A stretch of DNA of 64,000 nt, taken from Puniceicoccales bacterium (GTDB lineage: Bacteria > Verrucomicrobiota > Verrucomicrobiia > Opitutales > JAIRLM01). Positions 45,601 to 54,568 of the stretch are shown here, piece after piece (position 1 is the stretch's first letter; every line of letters starts with the position of its first letter). A program made the translations under genes and the position numbers. The notes under the pieces are model-generated. The model was not told the origin of the DNA. It searched no databases and worked only from the letters and a program-made list of their open reading frames with translations. The stretch is taken from positions 64,517 to 128,516 of the forward strand of contig JAISOW010000002.1 in assembly GCA_031275345.1 (NCBI GenBank), in the 5' to 3' direction.

Positions 45601-47094
45601 GTGGCCGGTCCGACCATTGACGATGTGCTGTCGCTGTGCCGCCGGCGCGGCTTTTTCTTTCCATCGGCGGAAATCTACGGCTCCATCGCCGGTTTCTACG
45701 ACCATGGCCCTCTCGGCTGTGAGCTGCGGCGCAACATTCGGGATGCCTGGTGGCGGGACATGGTCCAAGGTCGACCGGATGTGGTTGGCATGGACTGCAG
45801 CATTGTTACCCATCCCCAGGTATGGCACGCATCGGGCCACGCAACCAATTTTTCCGACCCAATGGTGGACTGCCGTGAATCCAAAATGCGCTACCGGGCG
45901 GACCAGCTATTTTTTTGCCCTGTGCGGTCCCAGGGCCGCACCATTGCCATGGTTTCGGTGTTGGAAGGCCCTGCCATGGAAGAAGAAGCCAGGGACAAGG
46001 CGCGCGCCATTTGCGGCAGGATGGGACTGGTTGCGGATGGTGAGCCGCTGCGGCTGCGACCAATCTTAGATGCTACGGCCGAGGAATTGGAAAAAATTCC
46101 TTCACCGGCCACCGGCACTCCCGGTGCACTGACAGCACCACGAGACTTTCATCTCATGCTGGAGACGCGGGTTGGTGCGGTGGCGGACGCAGCATCGTTG
46201 ACCTATCTGCGGCCGGAAACTGCCCAGGGAATTTTTGTAAACTTTGGCCACGTGGTGGACACGGCGCGGCAGAAAATTCCATTTGGCATTGCCCAAATTG
46301 GCCGATCCTTTCGCAATGAAATTACGCCCCGCAATTCCCTATTCCGTTCCAGGGAATTTGAGCAGATGGAATTGGAATATTTCATCGCACCGGATGCGGA
46401 CTGGCGGGCCATCCACGGCCAATGGGTGCGGGACCGTCTGGCTTGGTACTCCTCCATCGGCGTGGGGCAAGAATGGCTTAGCTTGGAAGAGCATGCGCCG
46501 GAAAAACTGGCCCACTATGCCCTGGCCTGCACGGATATTGCATTTCGCTATCCATTCGGCATTCAGGAAATTGAGGGCATTGCCGTCCGGGGAAATTTTG
46601 ATCTCGCACAGCACCAAAATTTTAGCGGAAAAAGTTTGGAATATTTCGACGGCGAACGGCGCTATCTTCCATTGGCCATTGAGCCATCCGCCGGCCTGGA
46701 CCGCATTTTTTTGGCACTGCTCTGCTCCGCCTATGCCGAGGATGAGCTGGGCGGCGGGCGAAGGACGGTGCTACGGCTGCATCCACGCCTGGCGCCGATC
46801 AAAGCCGGCGTATTTCCACTCGTAAAAAATCAACCAAAGCTTGTCATGCTGGCGGAATCCATTGCAAAGCGGCTGAGCCGCCACTGGAACGTCGCACTGG
46901 ACAGTTCCGGAGCCATTGGTCGCCGCTACCGGCGCATGGACGAGGTGGGCACGCCATTTGCCATTACCGTCGATTTTCAATCCATCGACGACGGAACGGT
47001 CACACTCAGAGAACGGGACAGTGCTGAGCAGGTACGTATTGCGGTGGAAGAACTTGTGCCATGTTTGAGAGAAAGCATCAACGGCCCGGATTGA
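45601..47094 (+). CDS. glyQS: glycine--tRNA ligase (homodimeric GlyQS type)
   Basis: LCRRRGFFFPSAEIYGSIAGFYDHGPLGCELRRNIRDAWW, the class II motifs (FRNEITPRNSLFRSREFEQMELEYF; EPSAGLDRIFLALL), and a C-terminal anticodon-binding domain. Confidence 0.93.
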   Translation: MAGPTIDDVLSLCRRRGFFFPSAEIYGSIAGFYDHGPLGCELRRNIRDAWWRDMVQGRPDVVGMDCSIVTHPQVWHASGHATNFSDPMVDCRESKMRYRADQLFFCPVRSQGRTIAMVSVLEGPAMEEEARDKARAICGRMGLVADGEPLRLRPILDATAEELEKIPSPATGTPGALTAPRDFHLMLETRVGAVADAASLTYLRPETAQGIFVNFGHVVDTARQKIPFGIAQIGRSFRNEITPRNSLFRSREFEQMELEYFIAPDADWRAIHGQWVRDRLAWYSSIGVGQEWLSLEEHAPEKLAHYALACTDIAFRYPFGIQEIEGIAVRGNFDLAQHQNFSGKSLEYFDGERRYLPLAIEPSAGLDRIFLALLCSAYAEDELGGGRRTVLRLHPRLAPIKAGVFPLVKNQPKLVMLAESIAKRLSRHWNVALDSSGAIGRRYRRMDEVGTPFAITVDFQSIDDGTVTLRERDSAEQVRIAVEELVPCLRESINGPD

Positions 47095-47298
47095 ACAAAT
47101 TGCTCCAGCCATGAGCCATGGCGTGCGTTTGTTGTTCGACGTTTTTTCGCCGGTGTTTTTCCCCGTTGCTGCACCGCGGCAAAAATGTGCGGTCCGCATC
47201 CATCGCCGTGCAAAACTTCGAAATAGCAGTTTAAAATTCGACCTACATTACCTTTTTACTTGCCCTTTGCCGATGCTCGGCGTAGACGTCGTGGCAGT

Positions 47299-50200
47299 AT
47301 GCCAAGCCCCATAACAAACACCGCGCAACCCTTTTTGCTGCAGAACGCTGCACCCATTCGACAGAGCACTGACATCACGGAGCTTACGGCGGCTGCTTGC
47401 GCACGATGCGACCTGATTACGCACCTTCGCAGACTCGTGTTCTATAATTATTGCAGGAATTTTATCAGTGCATTTTTTTGCTATTTGTTTGCTTATTGGA
47501 CAGGCCTTGGCCGGACCGTGACATTTTATACGGGGCTCATAGAGCGACTAATTGCATGCAGCGCATCGTTAAATGCCAATGCCAACAACAGCAATTTACC
47601 TTCGACGGAAGCGTCTTCAAATCCAGCCGCCACCAGCGCAGAAGAGCAAAATACATTGAACGGTCAACAGGCGGCAGAGGGTCAGTCGATTGTCTCATGG
47701 ATTCCTGCAGGGCAGAACCACAACGTCGATACAGAGTTGGATAATTCAAAGGAAGATGATTTCGAGGAAGATGATTTCGAGGAAGTTAATTTTGAGGAAG
47801 AGCCGGCAAGCGGTGATCAACAGAATGGTGCAGAGACAAGTCAACCTCTTTCTCCACCCCCCCCCCTTTTGAGTGAAGTCGACGAAAACTTGATGCGGTG
47901 GAAGGCATTAAATCATTCCCTAGGCGATTTTGTGCGTATCTATTATGTCAAAATGACGCCCGCCGAAGTTGATAAAGATCTGTATAAAAAATACATGATC
48001 GAATCAATGGTGAAGCTAAGTCAAGACATAGAACTATCCCCATATACATTGCCCGATGTGCACCGCACGAATATAGAAAATTTTTTAAAAAAATGCATGG
48101 AGGCATTCAAATTGATGGAGTCTGGTTTGAAGAAGTTGGGGGCAAAACCCGATCCAAACTCGAAGGAAATCAAGCTGGTCAATGACCTACAGGCCGTCAT
48201 TGCCACCCTTTCCGAACATCTTACCACCTGCGAAGATGCGGCGGCGACGGGCCTGTGCAGGTGTGGCGCGCAGCTGAAAATATTGCTCCTCAGGATTCAA
48301 GGAAGCGACACGCCAATGAAAGCGCGAATTGCGGCGCTCTGCGAATGCATCATTCCGGATGCCGTGGGCCATGCAATTGCAAGAATCCTTCCCAAAAAAA
48401 AGGGCACGACAGCACCGGCGGAAATTTTAGAGTTGGAATCTCTCATTGGCAATGTGTTGGCGAATTTGCAACTTCCCTGGAAAACGGAGTTATCTCCCAT
48501 GCGCTATTGCGGGTGTGCCATTGGCGCCGCCAATTTGCTCACCTTGAGATGTCCATCCTTGTTGGAGTCGCAGCGGGGTGGAGAATTCACGGGAAAAGAT
48601 GGCGTTGGTGTCACATTCGAAATGCATCTGATGCAAATACTTACGGCATTGGGTGCCACAAACATAGCAGAGGATGCCATGTGCGCCATTCGTGCTATCA
48701 TCCGCCTGGTTTTGCAAGAGATTACGTCGACGAAACTTCCGGCGCTTTTGACCAGTTTTAGTGGCATCGAGGAAATTTTATGTGAAGATGGCAACGATGC
48801 ATGGGAAAATTTAAAATTTAGCAATGATCTATTGCACACCCTTGTGGGAGTTTTGGTAGCATACCCGGCAAGCGAAACTGGCAAAACCTATCCGTTGCCG
48901 GCAGGCACAGCGGCAGATTCTCTCATCAAGCAATTTCAGGGTCAAAGCCTTAGGCAAGTGCGCGACACCCTTGAGAAGCAAGACTCTAGTAATCCCATCA
49001 TGTATGCACTTTCATCACCGGAAGCCGTACGAATATTCAACCAATACTGCGTGCAAATTACACTGAATACGGCGCCGGAGTTCAAAGAGATCATCGAAAA
49101 TATTCCCGTGCCGTTTGAATGGCAAGATACTATTTTAAAACCCGAAGTAGTAGCTCCTGCGGCTACAACCCATCCATTTGGAAATCATTTCCATGATACA
49201 CTTACCATTCCCCATTTTAATGACCTTACCACCGGAACGGTGGAAGTTGTTGTAGATATTCTAAGCTCCAGCCCGCCGCCGCAATGGCTCAACTGGCAGA
49301 CAATTCAGCAGCAACGCCTGTTGAATAAAAAACAAGACTTTTTGGCCCTGCGCGATACCGCTGAGCGGCTTACCTGGCTGGAAGAAGAAAGCAAGTGTTC
49401 TTACATCAGTATTTCACTTTTAATACTGGCCGACACCGATGTTATCGAATCCTTTTCGGATGATTTCCGCGAGTTACGTACGCTCATAAAGTACTGCGTG
49501 GCTGGCTTGGGAAATGTGCTAGCGGATGATAAGAAATTAGTACAGGCGACCAGAGACTTGGTCGAAGCTTTTCAGGCTGTGACACAGTTTCGACTGAGAA
49601 TCCATTCCAATCGTGACATCTGTCCCAGGATACACATGCCAGTAGAGAGGACTGCTGAGACGAATGAGGATCTCGCCCGTGCCAGGAACCAGATAATTCT
49701 CAGAAATTCCTACAATAGGGAATTTTGCACCCTATGCTTAGAGTTTTACAAGCATCTTGTTAGAAATGAAAAAACAAATGTGGCCAATGCGCTATTCCGC
49801 ACCCCAAATGTGTCAGCAGCTTCTTATTTTCTCGAATGGGACACGTTTCCGAAAGATCCCTTTAGAGGGAAAATAATGAATGAGTCGTTATTCGGTCGTT
49901 GCATTCAAATTATCCCAAATGTATTTTGGAAAAAAGTTGTGAACAGTCTGCAAGACGACGAATTTTTGTCCTTTTTGGGGGATAGTGTCGCCTCCGACTG
50001 TTTTTCCCCCCTTAAAACGCCGTACCTAGCCTTTCTTTTATTCCATATTGCTTCCGCGGAAAGATTTCCCGCAGAGTATCACAGGCAGCTTTGCAACCCA
50101 TTCGGAAAATCGTCGTTTCAAATGGTTGGCAAGCCTCCTGCGCGTGACAAGTTGGCGGGCGCACAAGCGGAGGAACAGTTGTTTGAACGCCTAGAAAGAT

Positions 50201-50745
50201 TGGTGAACGGGAACAATGACGCAGTAGCACAATTGCTAAAGAAATTACTGTTCGTTCATCCTGTTACAGGAGAATCAGAGAATGAGGCATATCCAATGGG
50301 ATGTAACACTTGTTGGATTCAGCATGAAATTATCGCAGGAAATATTTTTGGTAACAGAGACAAGAATACGCTACTGCCGAAATTTTTCAGAAAAATACAT
50401 TTTTCCATTACGCCATACGCCTATGAACATCTACTTCCACTCATGATAAACTGCAATCTCCTTCGCTCAGACGGGAATGGCAACTACATTGATGGCACCA
50501 ATCGAGTATGGCGCTTCGTGGCCATACCCGCCATGGTGTCATTGTCTACTGGACAATACATTCACATTGACGCCGGTCCTGCCATTATGGGTAAGAAAAA
50601 TGCCACTCAATGCCGGATAGAGAGACGCATAGCACTCTGTCACACCGAACACGGATCCTTGCCGATTGACGAGCCCGTAACTTTTCTTGATGCAAATGGA
50701 AAAAAAATTTCTCTATCGCCACCGGCGCATGGGGCGCATGGATGA
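47299..50745 (+). CDS. large orphan protein, tandem paralog A (1148 aa from ATG 47299)
   Basis: Single long ORF with an N-terminal hydrophobic patch (FISAFFCYLFAYWTGLG), an acidic DDFEE repeat and PPPP. The remainder appears helix-rich by eye. No family recognised. The C-terminal 9 residues are read from a glyQS-derived fragment. Confidence 0.8.
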   Translation: MPSPITNTAQPFLLQNAAPIRQSTDITELTAAACARCDLITHLRRLVFYNYCRNFISAFFCYLFAYWTGLGRTVTFYTGLIERLIACSASLNANANNSNLPSTEASSNPAATSAEEQNTLNGQQAAEGQSIVSWIPAGQNHNVDTELDNSKEDDFEEDDFEEVNFEEEPASGDQQNGAETSQPLSPPPPLLSEVDENLMRWKALNHSLGDFVRIYYVKMTPAEVDKDLYKKYMIESMVKLSQDIELSPYTLPDVHRTNIENFLKKCMEAFKLMESGLKKLGAKPDPNSKEIKLVNDLQAVIATLSEHLTTCEDAAATGLCRCGAQLKILLLRIQGSDTPMKARIAALCECIIPDAVGHAIARILPKKKGTTAPAEILELESLIGNVLANLQLPWKTELSPMRYCGCAIGAANLLTLRCPSLLESQRGGEFTGKDGVGVTFEMHLMQILTALGATNIAEDAMCAIRAIIRLVLQEITSTKLPALLTSFSGIEEILCEDGNDAWENLKFSNDLLHTLVGVLVAYPASETGKTYPLPAGTAADSLIKQFQGQSLRQVRDTLEKQDSSNPIMYALSSPEAVRIFNQYCVQITLNTAPEFKEIIENIPVPFEWQDTILKPEVVAPAATTHPFGNHFHDTLTIPHFNDLTTGTVEVVVDILSSSPPPQWLNWQTIQQQRLLNKKQDFLALRDTAERLTWLEEESKCSYISISLLILADTDVIESFSDDFRELRTLIKYCVAGLGNVLADDKKLVQATRDLVEAFQAVTQFRLRIHSNRDICPRIHMPVERTAETNEDLARARNQIILRNSYNREFCTLCLEFYKHLVRNEKTNVANALFRTPNVSAASYFLEWDTFPKDPFRGKIMNESLFGRCIQIIPNVFWKKVVNSLQDDEFLSFLGDSVASDCFSPLKTPYLAFLLFHIASAERFPAEYHRQLCNPFGKSSFQMVGKPPARDKLAGAQAEEQLFERLERLVNGNNDAVAQLLKKLLFVHPVTGESENEAYPMGCNTCWIQHEIIAGNIFGNRDKNTLLPKFFRKIHFSITPYAYEHLLPLMINCNLLRSDGNGNYIDGTNRVWRFVAIPAMVSLSTGQYIHIDAGPAIMGKKNATQCRIERRIALCHTEHGSLPIDEPVTFLDANGKKISLSPPAHGAHG

Positions 50746-50836
50746 GGTGGGCACGCCATTTGCCATTACCGTCGATCGACCTACATTACTTTTTTACTTG
50801 CCCTTTGCCGATGCTCGGCGTAGACGTCGTGGCAGT
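50717..50836 (+). repeat. duplication scar: copy of glyQS 3' coding fragment plus the paralog-A upstream region
   Basis: 50717..50776 matches glyQS 46921..46975 (ggcgcatgga(c/t)gaggtgggcacgccatttgccattaccgtcgat, with an extra ggcgcatgg). 50777..50836 matches 47239..47298 (cgacctacatta...gccgatgctcggcgtagacgtcgtggcagt). Confidence 0.92.
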
Positions 50837-53800
50837 ATGTCAAGCTCCATAACAAACACCACGCAACCCTTTTTGCAGCAGAACGCTGCACCTATTCGTC
50901 AGAACACTGACATCACGGGGCTTACGGCGGCTGCTTGCGCACGATGCGACCTGATTACGCACCTTCGCAGACTCGTGTTCTATAATTATTGCAGAAATCT
51001 TATCAGTGCATTTGTTTACTATTTGTTTGCTTATTGGACAGGCCTTGGCCGGACCGAGACATTTTATACGGGGCTCGTGGCGCAGCTAAGTGCGCACAGC
51101 ACAGCGACAAATGCCAATACTAGCAACAGCGATTCACCTTCGACGGAAGCGCATTCAAGTCCAGCCGCATTGAACGGTCAACAGGCGGCAGAGGTTCAGT
51201 CGATTGTCGAGTGGATTCCTGCAGAGCAGGACGACAGTGAGTCAGGGGAAGGTCCGACAGGCGATGGTCAACCGAATAGAGCAGAGGTAGCCCCACTTCT
51301 TTTGCCACCCCCCCCTTTGAGTGAAGTCGACGAAAACCTGATTCGGTGGAAGGAATTAAATGACGATCTATGCAAGCTTATAAAACTCTATTATGTCGAT
51401 ATTACACCCGGCGGAGTTGATAAAGATCTGTATAAAAAATACATGTACGATTTAATGATAGATCTAACAAAAAACATAGAAGTATCCAAATTTGCATTGC
51501 CCAATGTGCACCGCAAGAATATAGAAAATTTTTTAAAAAAATGCATGGAGGCATTCAAATTGATGGTGCCTGGTTTGAAGAAGTTGGGAACAGAACCCGA
51601 TCCAGACTCGAAGGAAATCAAGCTGGTCAATGACCTACAGGCCATCATTGCCACCCTCTCCGCACATCTTACCTCCTGCGAAGATGCGGCGGCGACGGGC
51701 CTGCGCATGTGTGGCGCGCAGCTGAAAATATTTTTCCTCAGGATTCAAGGAAGCGACACGCCAATGAAAGCGCGAATTACGGCGCTCTGCGAATGCATCA
51801 TTCCGGATGCCGTGGGCCATGCAATTGCAAGAATCCTTTCCCAAAAAAAGGGCACGACAGCACCGGCGGAAATTTTAGAGTTGGAATCTCTCATTATCAA
51901 TGTGTTGGCGAATTTGCAACTTCCCTGGAAAACGGAGTTATCTCCCATGCGCTATTGCGGGTGTGCCATTGACGCCGCCAATTTGCTCACCTCCAGATGT
52001 CCATTCTTGTTGGAGTCGCAGCGGGGTGGAGAATTCACGGGAAAAGATGGCGTTGGTGTCACATTCGAAATGCATCTGATGCAAATACTTACGGCATTGG
52101 GTGCCACAAACATACCACAGGATGCCATGTGCGCCATTCGTGCTATCATCCGCCTGGTTTTGCAAGAGATTACGCCGACGAAACTTTCGGCGCTTTTGAC
52201 CAGTTTTAGTGGCATCGAGGAAATTTTATGTGAAGGTGGCAACGATGCATGGGAAAATTTAAAATTTAGCAATGATCTATTGCACACCCTTGTGGGAGTT
52301 TTGGTAGCATACCCGGCAAGCGAAACTGGCAAAACCTGGCCGTTGCCGGCAGGCACAACGGCAAATTCTCTCATCAATCAATTTCAGGGTCAAAGTCTTA
52401 GGCAAGTGCGCGACACTCTTGAGACGCAAGACTCTGGTAATCCCATCATGTATGCACTTGCATCACCGGAAGCCGTACGAATATTCAACCAATACTGCGT
52501 GCAAATAACACTGGATGCGGCGCCGGAGTTCAAAAAGATCATCGAAAATATTCCCGTGCCGTTTAAATGGCAAAATGCTATTTTAAAACCCGAAGTAGTA
52601 GCTCCTGCGGCTACAACCCATCAATTTGGAAATCATTTTCATTATGGACCTTCCATTCCCTATTTTAATGAGTTTACCACCGGAACGGTGGAAGTTGTTG
52701 TAGCGCTCCTAGCACACAACCATCCGGCGGAATCTAACCTGAGGGAAATTCGGGAGCAACGCCTTTTGATTAAAAAACAAGAATTTTTGAACCCGCCCAG
52801 AACTGAGGGACAGCCCAGTCTTGAGGCGCGGATTGCCTACCTGGAAAAAGAATCCAAGTGTTGTCTCATCGCCATTGGAGGTTTACTAATGTCCGACAGC
52901 GACATTTTGGAATCCTTTCCGAATGATTTCCGCGCGTCACATGTGATCATGCGGTACTGCACGGCTTGCTGGGGAAATGTGCTCAACAATGAGGCTAACA
53001 CGCCCGGGCCCCATACGCCCAGCAATGAGACCAAATTAGTACGGGCGACCAGAGACTTGTTCGATGCCTTTCAGACTATAGCACAATTTCAACTGGAAAT
53101 CCATTCCAATCGTGACATCTGTCCCGAGAGGAGCATCCGATGCCATTCGGAAGTGGAGACGGATGAGTCTCGCGCCCGTACCAGGACCCAGATAATCCTC
53201 AGACACAGAGCCAATGTGACATTTTGCACCCTATGCTTAGAGTTTTACAGTCATCTTGTTAGAAATGGAAAAACAAATGTGGCCAATGCGCTATTCCGCA
53301 CCCCAAATATACCAGCAATTTTTTATTCTCTCCCAATTCCCGAGTATTCATTCTTTTCGTCGGGACTTTTTCATCTTAAAGAAATGAAAATGGCGCTATT
53401 CGGTCGTTGCATTCAAATTATCCCAAATGTATTTTGGGAAAAAATTGTGGACAGTCTGAAAGACGACGAATTTTTGTCCCTTTTGGGGGATAGCGTCGAC
53501 TGCGACGATTTGTCCGTGAAAACGCCGTATCTAGCCTTTCTTTTATTCCATATTGCCTCCGAGGAAAAGTTTCCCATGGAGTATAAAGGGCTGCTTTGCT
53601 ACCCATTCGGAAAATCGTCGTTTCAAATGGCTGGCACGGCTCCTGCGCGTGACAAGTTGGCGGGTGCACAAGTGGAGGAACAGTTGTTTAAACGCCTAGA
53701 AAGATTGACGAACAAGAACAATAACGCAGTAGCACAATTGCTAAAGAAATTACTGTGCGTTGTTTCTGTTATTGGAGGACACATAAACGAAAGAGATCTA

Positions 53801-54220
53801 ATGGATTGTGACACTTGTTGGGTTGGACATACAATTGACAGTGAGCATATTCTCTTGCAGAATACGCATACGATATTTTCGAAATATTGCAGAGAAATAC
53901 ATTTTTCCATTACGCCATACGCCTACAAACACCTACTTCCACTCATGATAAAGTACAAACTCCTTCGCCCAGACGGGAATGGCAACTACATTGATGACAC
54001 CAATCGAGTATGGCGCTTCGTGGCCATACCCGCCATGGTGTCATTGTCTACCGGACATTACATTCACATTGAGGCCGGTCCTGCCATTATGGATGAGAAT
54101 GATGCCAGTCGCTGCTGGATAGAGAGACGCATAGCACTCTGTCACACCGAACACGGATCCTTGCCGACTGACGAGCCCGTAACTTTTCTTGATGCAAATG
54201 GAAGCAAAATTTCTCTCTAA
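50837..54220 (+). CDS. large orphan protein, tandem paralog B (1127 aa from ATG 50837)
   Basis: Collinear with paralog A from MSSSITNTTQPFLQQNAAPIRQ to ...PVTFLDANGSKISL. The first 50 codons of track ORF 50687 are duplication scar, not a real N-terminus. Confidence 0.8.
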   Translation: MSSSITNTTQPFLQQNAAPIRQNTDITGLTAAACARCDLITHLRRLVFYNYCRNLISAFVYYLFAYWTGLGRTETFYTGLVAQLSAHSTATNANTSNSDSPSTEAHSSPAALNGQQAAEVQSIVEWIPAEQDDSESGEGPTGDGQPNRAEVAPLLLPPPPLSEVDENLIRWKELNDDLCKLIKLYYVDITPGGVDKDLYKKYMYDLMIDLTKNIEVSKFALPNVHRKNIENFLKKCMEAFKLMVPGLKKLGTEPDPDSKEIKLVNDLQAIIATLSAHLTSCEDAAATGLRMCGAQLKIFFLRIQGSDTPMKARITALCECIIPDAVGHAIARILSQKKGTTAPAEILELESLIINVLANLQLPWKTELSPMRYCGCAIDAANLLTSRCPFLLESQRGGEFTGKDGVGVTFEMHLMQILTALGATNIPQDAMCAIRAIIRLVLQEITPTKLSALLTSFSGIEEILCEGGNDAWENLKFSNDLLHTLVGVLVAYPASETGKTWPLPAGTTANSLINQFQGQSLRQVRDTLETQDSGNPIMYALASPEAVRIFNQYCVQITLDAAPEFKKIIENIPVPFKWQNAILKPEVVAPAATTHQFGNHFHYGPSIPYFNEFTTGTVEVVVALLAHNHPAESNLREIREQRLLIKKQEFLNPPRTEGQPSLEARIAYLEKESKCCLIAIGGLLMSDSDILESFPNDFRASHVIMRYCTACWGNVLNNEANTPGPHTPSNETKLVRATRDLFDAFQTIAQFQLEIHSNRDICPERSIRCHSEVETDESRARTRTQIILRHRANVTFCTLCLEFYSHLVRNGKTNVANALFRTPNIPAIFYSLPIPEYSFFSSGLFHLKEMKMALFGRCIQIIPNVFWEKIVDSLKDDEFLSLLGDSVDCDDLSVKTPYLAFLLFHIASEEKFPMEYKGLLCYPFGKSSFQMAGTAPARDKLAGAQVEEQLFKRLERLTNKNNNAVAQLLKKLLCVVSVIGGHINERDLMDCDTCWVGHTIDSEHILLQNTHTIFSKYCREIHFSITPYAYKHLLPLMIKYKLLRPDGNGNYIDDTNRVWRFVAIPAMVSLSTGHYIHIEAGPAIMDENDASRCWIERRIALCHTEHGSLPTDEPVTFLDANGSKISL

Positions 54221-54568
54221 CCCTTCCATTAGCATCTTCTTTCCCAGCACAATTTGCACCACGCGGGTGGGGCCGTTGCCGATGTATTCGTTGGCCGCAG
54301 TTCCTTTCTGAGACGGCCAGCGGAGACATCGACCCTGTTTTTGAACAACGCAAAATTGGCGAAAACTTTGCCCTCTTTTTGGCATGGAAGGCTGCCTCAA
54401 CGGCCATTGCTGACCAAATGCCGGGCATTGGCGATGGGGCAGATTCTAGCCGTTGAAGACTGCGATTGTTTAGATTTCATCCGTGAATGGCGAGAAACGT
54501 CCCTCGCCGCCGACTTCTCGGTGGTCTACCGTTGCCATTTTCTACGTTTTTTTTAAACTGACCGGACA

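Noticed and set aside
50687-50836. N-terminal 50 codons of track ORF 50687..54220, containing RMDEVGTPFAITVD
   Set aside because: This is a duplication scar copied from glyQS and from the paralog-A upstream region, not a functional GlyRS domain or a true N-terminus. Paralog B aligns with paralog A from ATG 50837.
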